64,000 bases of DNA, taken from NCBI GenBank assembly GCA_017526985.1, contig JAFXQR010000072.1, forward strand, positions 2,128 to 66,127, written 5' to 3'. Positions 38,637 through 47,895 of the stretch are shown here, piece after piece. The notes under the pieces are model-generated. The model did not search any database, was not told the origin of the DNA, and saw only the letters and a program-made list of their open reading frames with translations. The stretch's first letter is position 1; every line of letters begins with the position of its first letter. This stretch comes from Lachnospiraceae bacterium (lineage in GTDB: Bacteria; Bacillota; Clostridia; Lachnospirales; Lachnospiraceae). Position numbers and translations under genes: made by a program.

Positions 38637-40547
38637 TCACCCGATATAATCCACCAGCATTTTCAGGACTTCTGCGTTATCCCCAGGTAATTCCTTATAT
38701 TTCCCGCTCTGCGCCAGCTCTGTATAGAAAGCATTGTCCTCTGCGGAAAGTTTGTCGGACTTTCGCAGCTTTTCTCCGATGCAGTACAGAAATCTTGCCA
38801 GCTTTGCGTTTTCGCCGCCATTGCATTCCTGACCGACCACCTTGGAGATCTCGATGCTCTCCTCCGCCAGCGGTTCTTTATAACGCACCTTCACCGTACA
38901 CAGCTCGTCCGATCCGGTCAGCTGCGGCTTCTGGTATTTCAGCTCCGCAGCATCCGCCGCATTGCCCCGGACGATCTCGTAGAGTGCCACACCCTGACCG
39001 CCGCTGCCATAAGGCTCGGAGATCACCTTATCATTCTTGAAATCCTCATGGGAAAGCGCACGGTTTTCATACCCCAGCAGTCGGTAGCTTTTCACATGTG
39101 CCGGATTAAATTCCACCTGCGCCTTCACATCCTTGGCGATGATATTGGTCAGGCTGATATACCGCTTGTTGACCGATTCCTCCACATCCTCCAGAGTGTT
39201 CACCACACAATAGGTACCGTTGCCGTGTTTGGAGAGCACCTCCAGTTTATCGTCCTTATAGTTGTACAGACCGGTACCGATGACGGACAAAAACAGATTG
39301 CTCGTTTTCTTTTCCTCGATCAGCGCCTCCAGGCCGTCTTTCTTTACCACACCGAAATTCAGATCGCCGTCCGTGATCAGGATCACCTGGTTGTTGCCAT
39401 CCTTTTTGTAGTTATCCGAGCCGATCTTATAGGCGGTATAGATCCCGGCAGATCCGTTGGTGCAGCCGGTGATCTCGATCGACAGGATCCGCCCCATCAC
39501 ATCTTCCTTATCGCCGTCGCCCTTGATCTCATAGCCGGCATAGACCGTCTCATCCCGGCTGCTGTAGGTCACCAGGCTGAAGATATCGCCCTTCTTCAAT
39601 TTGCTCACCACCGTGGCAATGGTCTCCTGCGCGACCACCGCCTGTGAGGACATCGAACCGGACACATCCAGCAGCAAGACGATGTTCTGCTCCTCTTTCT
39701 GCTCCTGCTTCGCACCCACATGGATATAGAGCAATCCCTTATCCTCTGCGGATTTTTGCAGTTCGGTATCAATGCGGAATACCTCCTCCTTCGGTGCTTC
39801 ATAGCCGTAGGTGAAGTAATTCAGCAATTCTTCGATTCGTACCTGGGAAATATCGATATGACGGCCTTCGCGGATCTGGTTCAAGACCACACCCATAGAA
39901 GCCGTATTGGTCGTCATCCGAAAAGTAGATGTGGGTGCCGTCAATGGACTTACGGCATCCTTTTCTTCGATGTGTTCATAGCTGTCCGTCGCCGTTGCTT
40001 CCATAAGCTCCGGTACCGGCATTCCGGGAGCAGGCATACCCGGCATAGGCATCTTCATGGCCATTCCCACCGGAGCCGCTGCTGCCATCATCGCAGGTGC
40101 TGCGGCTTCAAAACACACATCCTCCACAAGGCATTCTTCATCAACCACTCTGCCCTCATCCCGCACCGCACGGGATTTTACGCGCGCGCCGGCCTTACCA
40201 CTGTTCATCTGCGCAAGTGCTCCGCCGATCGCAGATGCCAGTTTTTCACCCATACCGGGTTTCGGACGGTTCTTCTCCTGCTCTTCCCATTCCTTCCGGC
40301 GCTTTTCGTTCAAATAATTGCGGATGGCCGTCCCCGGGTCCTTCTCATCCCGCTCTGTCAGCCACCCGTACAGGCGCTCGATCACACGGTCTTCCCCCAG
40401 GTCCTGTATCAGCTCCCGCAGGTTCCGCTCTCCATAGGTCAGCACCGACAAGATCTCGCTTGCCTTTTCGCTATACCCCAGCCCATGGTAGTACGCATAC
40501 CGTTTGCTGTATTCGACACTGCCCCTTACGATCTCCGAAATATTCAT
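38637..40547 (-). CDS. von Willebrand factor type A domain protein (YfbK-like, vWA + DUF3520-like C-terminus)
   Basis: MIDAS motif LLLDVSGSMSS; C-terminal FNPAHVKSYRLLGYENR region; AAGGAGGG RBS. Confidence 0.8.
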   Translation of the reverse strand: MNISEIVRGSVEYSKRYAYYHGLGYSEKASEILSVLTYGERNLRELIQDLGEDRVIERLYGWLTERDEKDPGTAIRNYLNEKRRKEWEEQEKNRPKPGMGEKLASAIGGALAQMNSGKAGARVKSRAVRDEGRVVDEECLVEDVCFEAAAPAMMAAAAPVGMAMKMPMPGMPAPGMPVPELMEATATDSYEHIEEKDAVSPLTAPTSTFRMTTNTASMGVVLNQIREGRHIDISQVRIEELLNYFTYGYEAPKEEVFRIDTELQKSAEDKGLLYIHVGAKQEQKEEQNIVLLLDVSGSMSSQAVVAQETIATVVSKLKKGDIFSLVTYSSRDETVYAGYEIKGDGDKEDVMGRILSIEITGCTNGSAGIYTAYKIGSDNYKKDGNNQVILITDGDLNFGVVKKDGLEALIEEKKTSNLFLSVIGTGLYNYKDDKLEVLSKHGNGTYCVVNTLEDVEESVNKRYISLTNIIAKDVKAQVEFNPAHVKSYRLLGYENRALSHEDFKNDKVISEPYGSGGQGVALYEIVRGNAADAAELKYQKPQLTGSDELCTVKVRYKEPLAEESIEISKVVGQECNGGENAKLARFLYCIGEKLRKSDKLSAEDNAFYTELAQSGKYKELPGDNAEVLKMLVDYIG

Positions 40548-40654
40548 CCGTAACCCTCCTTGCCGTTGAATAAAATACGTTCTCTATACAACATTATGAA
40601 GCTACAGATCCCCGCCGTCAACACAGAAAAATATGGTTTGGGGGCTTATTTTCA

Positions 40655-40696
40655 AAATCCCCCTTCACCGGCAGTCAATACCGGTAAAGGGGGATC
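40655..40696 (-). terminator. Rho-independent terminator after the 201-aa gene
   Basis: 14-bp stem (TCCCCCTTCACCGG / CCGGTAAAGGGGGA, 1 mismatch) followed by TTTTGAAAA on the minus strand. Confidence 0.65.
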
Positions 40697-40705
40697 TGAT
40701 AACTT

Positions 40706-41311
40706 CTAGTTTAGAAGAATAACATCACTCTTTAACAGCTTGTTTTCAATCTTTACCTCATTCAGGCCCTGCGTTTTCACATCCTGCATATAAGCCGCAA
40801 TCCTCTCACGCATCTTATCAAAATCACTCTTCATTGCCAGGTTTTTCTCCATCGTTCCGGCATCACAGACCACATACAGTCGATTCAGCAATTGCTTTCT
40901 TCCCTGTTGCGACTGGTTTGCATAATACCATTGGATCATATCGTTTTTGCCGGCCCGCGTGGACAGATCATAGGGTCTGCCGGACAGTTTTGACGGATAG
41001 ACCGTGAGCTTGACATCAAACGGTACCCGGTTAATATATATATCCACGTCATGATTATAGATATCCCGATCGTGTACTGCTCCATATTCACAGAAGATGT
41101 ATTCGCAGCGCACGGATGTCATATAATTGTACCAGCGATGCAGTGCGTATGCCTGATCCACTCCTCTTCGTTTGATCTCCTGCAGGCACGCATCCAGCGA
41201 ATTCATTTGATAGATGAAATTGGTGGCCTTATCATCCCGGTCGGTCTGCATATTCCAGGATGCGGACAGCATTGTTAACGCCTTTTTCAGATCTTGTTCC
41301 ATTCGGTTCAT
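40706..41311 (-). CDS. Hypothetical protein (201 aa) with a possible PD-(D/E)XK-like motif
   Basis: Clean ORF with its own promoter and terminator. HDVDIYINRVPFDVKLT fits D...(D/E)xK only loosely. Confidence 0.55.
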   Translation of the reverse strand: MNRMEQDLKKALTMLSASWNMQTDRDDKATNFIYQMNSLDACLQEIKRRGVDQAYALHRWYNYMTSVRCEYIFCEYGAVHDRDIYNHDVDIYINRVPFDVKLTVYPSKLSGRPYDLSTRAGKNDMIQWYYANQSQQGRKQLLNRLYVVCDAGTMEKNLAMKSDFDKMRERIAAYMQDVKTQGLNEVKIENKLLKSDVILLN

Positions 41312-41403
41312 GTGGAGCTCCTTTCTGTGGTTATCTTTTGCAATGGTTATGTGATTTGTTCATAAAAATCTTCTTCATAACAAATCATCTGCCTATGTAT
41401 GAC

Positions 41404-41445
41404 AGTATATAACCTCAATAACAATTTCCGTATTTTTTACGGAAG
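41404..41445 (-). promoter_or_regulatory. Shared promoter architecture, copy 4: CTTCCGT-AAAAAAT-ACGGAAA, N15, TATACT (gene orientation)
   Basis: Read directly from the sequence; same layout as 53732, 58690 and 61928. Confidence 0.6.
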
Positions 41446-41691
41446 ACAAATATCCGCTCCGAATCCGGATTAGCTTTAACAGAAGCGTTTAAAATCTTTT
41501 TGCAGCAAACTTTGAATGTTCAAACTCTGCCTCTGTTTACTTCTTCCGAAACCAAAAGCATTATAGAAGAGCAGGCAAAAAACTTTTTTGGCAAAACTCG
41601 ACAATGGAATCAAGTCTACTGAAACGGAAGGCCGGATCTCCGAAGAAGAGATGTGGAAGGAGTTTGGCAACAACGAATGAAACGTTCTATC

Positions 41692-43830
41692 CTATAATTC
41701 GTCCAATAGATTACGCTGACTATCCCATATTAATTCTCTCATCTTTTTTATTTCTGGTATCTTTGAGATATAAGCATGTGCACTATTATTCCGCATTTCT
41801 GTAATTGTCCTAATCAAGGGCGCATACTTTTTTAACTTTCCTGTATAATTCCTGATAATATAACCAGCCGAGCCAAGAGATCTGCAATGATCTTTAAGCT
41901 GTTCATTTTTTGCTTCTCTATATTCCTCTGATTTTTCAAGATAGTTCCATATGCTTTCCTCATATACCCGTGCATACTCAACCAAAACCGGAGCACAATC
42001 TATCATGTCATTCTCTTTAAATACATTGTATATCTGCTCCGCCGATGCCAGGTATTTTAAGGCTTTATCTGTCAAATTCGGATATCTGTCTGATGCTTTT
42101 TTCAGTTCTTTCTTAAATCCTTCTTGATCTTTTGTTTGAACAACCTTTTGTATCTTCGAAATAACAGAATTCATTTTATCTTTTATCGATGTTGTTTCCC
42201 ACATTTCATCTGTTATTTCTATACACTCATCAATAATCTGACTTGATACTAAGTCGTTATACCACTGATTTTGAACTTCAACCATCCTTCTAATCTTATT
42301 TTCACGATCTTCCAGTTGCTTCTGTATTATATTTTTTTCTTTTCCGGCTTGTAGTCCTATCTTATATAGTTTTTCCTGCTCTTGAATAGATACAAGAACT
42401 GCATTCTTCTCCTGTGCTTCTTTCATCTGTGAATATTTTTCATATACACAATAGGCCTCTGCATACAAATCCATCATTTTGAGTGTTTCTATCATCTTTA
42501 AATATAATTCCTTCAACACAATCCTTGATGGTCTTTTTAATGAAGGAAGAAATAATGGCCCCTGAAACTTTTCATTCTTTTTTATATCTTTTTCGACCGT
42601 TTCTATAGCCCATTCATATACATCTTTGGCTTTATCATATTTCTTCTGATTCAAAAATATCGCCCCAAGAGCTTGCATTTTAAACGCATCCGGACGAATC
42701 GCTATTGATGCAATACCAGCTTGTTCTGCCTTTTCAAACTCTCTTCTCTGTTCCCATATTCTAGACATCGCATATAATATAAGATCATTATCTGCGGATA
42801 TTGTTTTCGAATACTGGCATGCCTCTTCTATTTCATACATCTCAATCAATGCAATCAGTCTTAGCGCCTGATATTCATATTTGAGTTCTTGCGGGCTATT
42901 TTCATATTCCATAAGATGATTATCTTTTGCATCATCTAACCTTTTCAGAGTTCTTTTTAGTTCTCCATGATCTCCAGAAAACATTATTGCACTTAGTTTC
43001 TCACAGGCGAGAAAGAAATAATTATAGAAATTTGTATTTTTTATCGTCACATATTCAAAAAGTGACTCATACAGGAGTATTGTTCTTGAAATATTGTTTT
43101 CCACAAATGTAGTTGCATAAGTGAGCAATTCCGTGTAATTGTATGATTTTTTATTTTCTAGAAACAACTCATAGTACCGCTCAAATTCATCCGGATTCTT
43201 ATATATCTCTATCTTAAATAGTTCTATTAATCTTTCTTCAAAATACACATCTCCCAATTCCGAACCAACAAACCAGTTATTATTTGCCTCCCACGGTTTA
43301 TACGATCTTTCTGCCATAAATTTCATATTGTGCTTTGCTTTTATCCGACATGCTTCCCATACATTTTTGCACAATATAAATGTACACAAAAGCACCTGCC
43401 AGGCGCCCGTCTTGGATCTTATCTCCAATTCTCGACTACTGATTTGGCAGTTATCCGATTTCTCAGCAAATTTTATCGCTTTACTAAATTCATCTATCTT
43501 ATACCTGCTCCCAGCGTGTTTCTTTATCGCAACATTAAAATTAGCCACTGCCAAAAGTGAATATGTTGCTGGCTGTAATGTCTCATCGTCTTCCCAGCAT
43601 GCAATACTGCAAATTTCCATCAAACATATCTCAGCCTCCCGATATTTCTTTTCAGATAAATAAGCAAACGCCGCATCATAGAGCAGATCCGATTTATTCA
43701 AATCATTTCCGGTTAATAATTCCTTATTAATCTTTCCCTTGGCGTTTATCATATCACCGCCAACTCTCTTTTTTGATATGATTGGAATCATCGATTCAAA
43801 ATTATTCAATATTTCGGAATAATTATCCAT
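41692..43830 (-). CDS. Large helical-repeat (TPR-like) protein with a C-terminal HEPN-type Rx4H motif
   Basis: EMRNNSAH at 41776-41793 fits the HEPN RNxxxH signature. Repeat-rich helical N-terminal 500 aa. The start (ATG 43830 or GTG 43839) abuts or overlaps the upstream stop. Confidence 0.55.
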   Translation of the reverse strand: MDNYSEILNNFESMIPIISKKRVGGDMINAKGKINKELLTGNDLNKSDLLYDAAFAYLSEKKYREAEICLMEICSIACWEDDETLQPATYSLLAVANFNVAIKKHAGSRYKIDEFSKAIKFAEKSDNCQISSRELEIRSKTGAWQVLLCTFILCKNVWEACRIKAKHNMKFMAERSYKPWEANNNWFVGSELGDVYFEERLIELFKIEIYKNPDEFERYYELFLENKKSYNYTELLTYATTFVENNISRTILLYESLFEYVTIKNTNFYNYFFLACEKLSAIMFSGDHGELKRTLKRLDDAKDNHLMEYENSPQELKYEYQALRLIALIEMYEIEEACQYSKTISADNDLILYAMSRIWEQRREFEKAEQAGIASIAIRPDAFKMQALGAIFLNQKKYDKAKDVYEWAIETVEKDIKKNEKFQGPLFLPSLKRPSRIVLKELYLKMIETLKMMDLYAEAYCVYEKYSQMKEAQEKNAVLVSIQEQEKLYKIGLQAGKEKNIIQKQLEDRENKIRRMVEVQNQWYNDLVSSQIIDECIEITDEMWETTSIKDKMNSVISKIQKVVQTKDQEGFKKELKKASDRYPNLTDKALKYLASAEQIYNVFKENDMIDCAPVLVEYARVYEESIWNYLEKSEEYREAKNEQLKDHCRSLGSAGYIIRNYTGKLKKYAPLIRTITEMRNNSAHAYISKIPEIKKMRELIWDSQRNLLDEL

Positions 43831-43835
43831 ACAAA

Positions 43836-44822
43836 TCACCCATCTTTCCGGTCCGGCATTAACATATCAAACATCGAAATCTGTTGGTCATACTGTACCA
43901 AGCGTTTCTGATCCGTAGCATCTTTCACCTCTTCCCCCGGATTGATCGTATCACAAAGTATCGGAGATTTCGGATCATATTTCGCCATAGACTTTTTAAC
44001 ACTTTCCGGGCTATAGTTTGCATAACAATAAATACACCCGTTACTGCAGGTATTGTGACAGCCGATTTCTTTACTGGGCATACATTTGCAATCATTTCTT
44101 TGCGCTGCATCTTTCAGATTCTTCTTCGTATCCTTGATCTTTCCACCGGTAAGTCTTTCCACCAGCGCCTTATCGATGCAAGCATTATGGTCAATCCCCA
44201 AATCTTCCAGATCGATCTTTTCGGCACATGTAGCCACTTTCATATTGTTTGCACCGGCGATCTCTCTTATCCGGATTGCCATATCCCGCATCTCTTCATC
44301 TGAAGGATAATATATTCCCATATCGTCCAAGGTCTTCTTTATCTTAAAATAATCATCCACGAAACTGAATACACATTTTTCCGTATATCCTTTCAGACAA
44401 CCTGCGATCTCTTCAAATGCTCTGTAATGCCAATCAAGCGGATATCGATTATTGATCATGATAGGATCATATCTCCAGATCACTCGCTCCGGTCCTATCT
44501 TATCCGCAAGTTGCTGAAATGCCGGAATCAGCACTTTTTTCTTATCCGGTAGATTTCGCTCTATATCTTTTCCATATCCGGTTAAGGTAAACTGAAAATA
44601 ATAACAATAGTCTTTCAATTCATCCAGCCTGGGGATCAACGGCACCGGATTCTTCGTCCAGAAAACAATGCAATCTACCAGTTCCGGATCCAAAGAGATC
44701 CTGGATAACTGTTTTGCATTCATCGGATTACGCACTACGGCATAGCCTTCTTTGACTCTGTTTAGGAACCATTCTGTAAAATATGCAGGTATATCCGTCC
44801 TGCGACTGGCACTGATGATCAT
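43836..44822 (-). CDS. DUF1848-like protein with a C-terminal Cys cluster
   Basis: N-terminus MIISASRRTDIPAYFTEWFLNR...VFWTKNP...WRYDP and C-terminus CKCMPSKEIGCHNTCSNGCIYCYAN match my recollection of PF08902. AGGAG RBS before the ATG at 44822. Confidence 0.6.
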   Translation of the reverse strand: MIISASRRTDIPAYFTEWFLNRVKEGYAVVRNPMNAKQLSRISLDPELVDCIVFWTKNPVPLIPRLDELKDYCYYFQFTLTGYGKDIERNLPDKKKVLIPAFQQLADKIGPERVIWRYDPIMINNRYPLDWHYRAFEEIAGCLKGYTEKCVFSFVDDYFKIKKTLDDMGIYYPSDEEMRDMAIRIREIAGANNMKVATCAEKIDLEDLGIDHNACIDKALVERLTGGKIKDTKKNLKDAAQRNDCKCMPSKEIGCHNTCSNGCIYCYANYSPESVKKSMAKYDPKSPILCDTINPGEEVKDATDQKRLVQYDQQISMFDMLMPDRKDG

Positions 44823-44845
44823 TATCTCTTCTCCTATCGTATAGT

Positions 44846-45877
44846 TTATCGATGAATCAATTTTATTATTTGAAATAAGCTTGTTGTTGCTCGCGTAACA
44901 CATTTTCGCTGTTTACATGCATGCAATATGCTACTCAAACTATCTCTCACCTCAGATATTTCTCTTTCAACTTCAAAATCATTGTTCAGTTCCTCTATTC
45001 TTGGACAATTAAAAAAACTTCCTTGTTGTATTTTTTTAAATGCATAGCATGGCCAATACTCCTCATCTGCTATATTCTTCAAAGGTCCATCTTCTCCGAT
45101 ATATTCATCCGAAAGATCATTCTCTACTAGAAATCTATTATCATAGTTAATAGCCTCCACAATACGCTGAGCGATAGTTTTCATTGTCTGTTTTTCTCTA
45201 TACTGGCTATGCGAATGTGAAATAATTATATGATGATCTCTATCCGCTTGTATGGCATCAGCATTATTTCTTATCATTTCAACCAGCCGGTTTAAATATA
45301 TATCCGGAAGTTCATTCAAGATTTTAGGAAAAATAATAGTATTATAGCTGCATATCCATTTTGTATTTTCAATAAAATCAAGTATATCTGAAACGCCTTG
45401 TGGAAAATCATCTCTTCCTGGATATCTCATCCCCAGGTAGCCGTTTCCAAATGTGTATGCTCTTTCCATTGCATTATCGTTATTCGGAGAAAACTGTATC
45501 CCCCATCTTACCATATCCATCCCAACATATCTTAAAGATAATTCTGGATTCACCTGGTTTTTAGCGTATGCTAACGCCCATGCATCAATACAAGAACCAC
45601 ACCCCAAAGAAGTAACACCAAAAATATTTTGTAGCGGATCATAATCATCTATAACCATTTTGTATAGAAAAGCATATTCAAAAGCATACGCATACCCATA
45701 TCTCAATAAATATACTGCATTAAACAATTCATCATCATAATGAAAATCTTCTTCTTGAGCATTTCGATAATTAATACCAAGAACAGTTTGCAGTTCTTCA
45801 TCCGGCTCTTGATTTCTAATATGTTCTCTCACTATACTAGCACAATTTCTCATCACTTCATTGAAATATTCAATCAT
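44846..45877 (-). CDS. Hypothetical protein, possible class I SAM-dependent methyltransferase fold
   Basis: Motif I-like VTSLGCGSCID followed about 25 aa later by a motif II-like RYVGMDM; GGGAGA RBS. Confidence 0.4.
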   Translation of the reverse strand: MIEYFNEVMRNCASIVREHIRNQEPDEELQTVLGINYRNAQEEDFHYDDELFNAVYLLRYGYAYAFEYAFLYKMVIDDYDPLQNIFGVTSLGCGSCIDAWALAYAKNQVNPELSLRYVGMDMVRWGIQFSPNNDNAMERAYTFGNGYLGMRYPGRDDFPQGVSDILDFIENTKWICSYNTIIFPKILNELPDIYLNRLVEMIRNNADAIQADRDHHIIISHSHSQYREKQTMKTIAQRIVEAINYDNRFLVENDLSDEYIGEDGPLKNIADEEYWPCYAFKKIQQGSFFNCPRIEELNNDFEVEREISEVRDSLSSILHACKQRKCVTRATTSLFQIIKLIHR

Positions 45878-46234
45878 CTTTTTTCTCCCTTCTTGATTAC
45901 CCTTTATGATCTAATAGTTTATACTCTTTTTTCTGCTCCCTATAACATTCCTTCTGCCTATAAACCATATAAAAATCTTTATATTTCTGTCTTTAAGATG
46001 GTTTTCATCAAGAAAAATATATTTAATGAATTCAGATATGCCTCTATACAAAATATCTGTGTTCTATTTGTCATTAGACTATATCAAAACAGATAAGGTC
46101 TTTATTAATCTCTTATTCCGATTATCATTTCTTTTCGCATATATTATATCATCTTCTATATAAATACATCAAATGACATATTCACCAAAAAGGCCACAAC
46201 AATATTATAAACAATAACAATCACCTCAAATCTT

Positions 46235-46726
46235 TTATATAAACTTCTCCCGATTCAGGTTGCACTCGTGACAAACCACGCAGGCGTTTTCCCATATCCT
46301 AGGTTTCTCTGGATCTTTGCGACGCAATACTCCTTCCTGCAGATCACATCCACACCCGACACATTTCCCGTTCTGCTTCCGGATCAGTTGTTGCTTCTGA
46401 TACGCATAATTCTCCAGTTCCTTACAGATCCCTTCTTCGACAAACTTCAGTTTCTTCTTATGGTCCGGAGCTAAATGGAGCTTGTCCAACTCCGGCAGCA
46501 TATCTTCTTTTATCGTATTGCATTCCGGATGGGTTCGGACATAATTGTCTTTTGACTCGATATGATCCACCAGCTGTTTTTGCTCAACCGCAGACAGATA
46601 TTCTTCTGACCATTTGTATATCGCTCTCGGATAAACATGATCTCTGTTGGAACTCCCTTCGATACTCTTCCCGCATATGGCACAGATCTGCTGCTTTCTC
46701 TTATTCAATTCATTCATCTGACTCAT
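46235..46726 (-). CDS. HNH endonuclease
   Basis: CAICG...DHVYPRAIY...HPECNTIKED plus a second CxxC...CxxC pair; GGAGGTG RBS. Confidence 0.8.
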   Translation of the reverse strand: MSQMNELNKRKQQICAICGKSIEGSSNRDHVYPRAIYKWSEEYLSAVEQKQLVDHIESKDNYVRTHPECNTIKEDMLPELDKLHLAPDHKKKLKFVEEGICKELENYAYQKQQLIRKQNGKCVGCGCDLQEGVLRRKDPEKPRIWENACVVCHECNLNREKFI

Positions 46727-46805
46727 ACGATCACCTCCGTTTCTATTTTCATATAAAATCAGTCCTTCTATGTATACACATTTTTCTCTGCCTGCATCTC
46801 CCGGA

Positions 46806-47564
46806 TCAAAACGAAACCGCTCTTACCCCGGTAAGCGACTCCAGACTCACAGATAGCAAAAAATTATGCAGAAACATATCAACAAGCTCCATGGATGTGA
46901 AGCAAACATGCTCAATATCATCATAGCAACCATTATGCATGTATTTCAATACCTCACCGCAGGACAAATGCCCGGTATCCCGGATATACTCGCCATCCTT
47001 CCCGGGAAAAGCACAGAAACTGATCACTTCATGTCCAAGCCGCACGATATTATGCGTATCGCACATCGGCAATTGATCGGCCTTATGGAATCCGACACTT
47101 CCAGCCTCTTTATCCAGCCACCGATTCAGATACGAACCCTTCTGACCTGCCATCACGCTGTTGTGGTATACGATATACTCACCGCTTCCGATCACATCCA
47201 GGTTGATCGTAAGTTTTGGACGATACTTGGAAAAGTGCATTGTGCTTCCGTAAAACCCGCTCTCTTCCCTGTCCAGAAAAACAAAACAGACATTAGGATC
47301 ACCGGCCCGCTCCTCACACAGATGCAACAACACAGCGCAGGAAGAACCATTATCATTGGCTCCGCATGATCCCGGCACAATATCATAGTGTGCACAGATC
47401 GTCACCAGCGCGTTTTTCGGATCACCAACCATCAGGTTGACCGCATTTTCATTCCGCTCGATCCTGTAAAAAATGCGCTTTCTTGCAAGTATGCGTCTGA
47501 TCTGTTTCCGACGCTCTTCTGTCGTACAATAGGAGATCTCCATTAATGATTCTTTTAAATCCAT
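46806..47564 (-). CDS. M28-family metallopeptidase-like protein (short, 252 aa)
   Basis: Zn-ligand pattern AHYD...ANDNGSS...DREESGFYGS...NLDVIG...MHNGCYD; GGAGGT RBS. Confidence 0.6.
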   Translation of the reverse strand: MDLKESLMEISYCTTEERRKQIRRILARKRIFYRIERNENAVNLMVGDPKNALVTICAHYDIVPGSCGANDNGSSCAVLLHLCEERAGDPNVCFVFLDREESGFYGSTMHFSKYRPKLTINLDVIGSGEYIVYHNSVMAGQKGSYLNRWLDKEAGSVGFHKADQLPMCDTHNIVRLGHEVISFCAFPGKDGEYIRDTGHLSCGEVLKYMHNGCYDDIEHVCFTSMELVDMFLHNFLLSVSLESLTGVRAVSF

Positions 47565-47855
47565 TTTACCTATACCTCCATATTTTTATTTTCCGGATGA
47601 TCTGCACTTAACAGATCATCTGCATGTGACCATACGTAACCACAGCATCTGTTTCCGTACTTTTTTGCAAATAATACAAAAACACCTATCTGCTCTTTTC
47701 CTATTCCTGATATTCGGATAACTTTCTCGATCAGAACCGTTTTGATTTATACACGATTCCCTTTGATACTTTTAGAATTACCGCTCCTTTTTGAGCGTGC
47801 AGAACATATATCGACAACCTGAAAATAAACTTTAGTCTGTTTTAAAAATATTTTC

Positions 47856-47891
47856 AGAAAAATTTTCCCACGGCATTTTACCGTGGGAAAA
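47856..47891 (-). terminator. Terminator hairpin ending the four-gene RecQ-PRTase operon
   Basis: Perfect 11-bp arms TTTTCCCACGG/CCGTGGGAAAA immediately after the stop at 47896, followed by AAAATTTTT on the minus strand. Confidence 0.55.
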
Positions 47892-47895
47892 GTAT

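Noticed and set aside
47863-47891. Palindrome TTTTCCCACGG-N7-CCGTGGGAAAA as a further copy of the shared operator
   Set aside because: The half-site sequence is different. It lies directly after a stop codon with no gene start downstream within reach, it has a GC-rich 11-bp stem, and it has no -10 box at 15 nt. It is better explained as the operon terminator.
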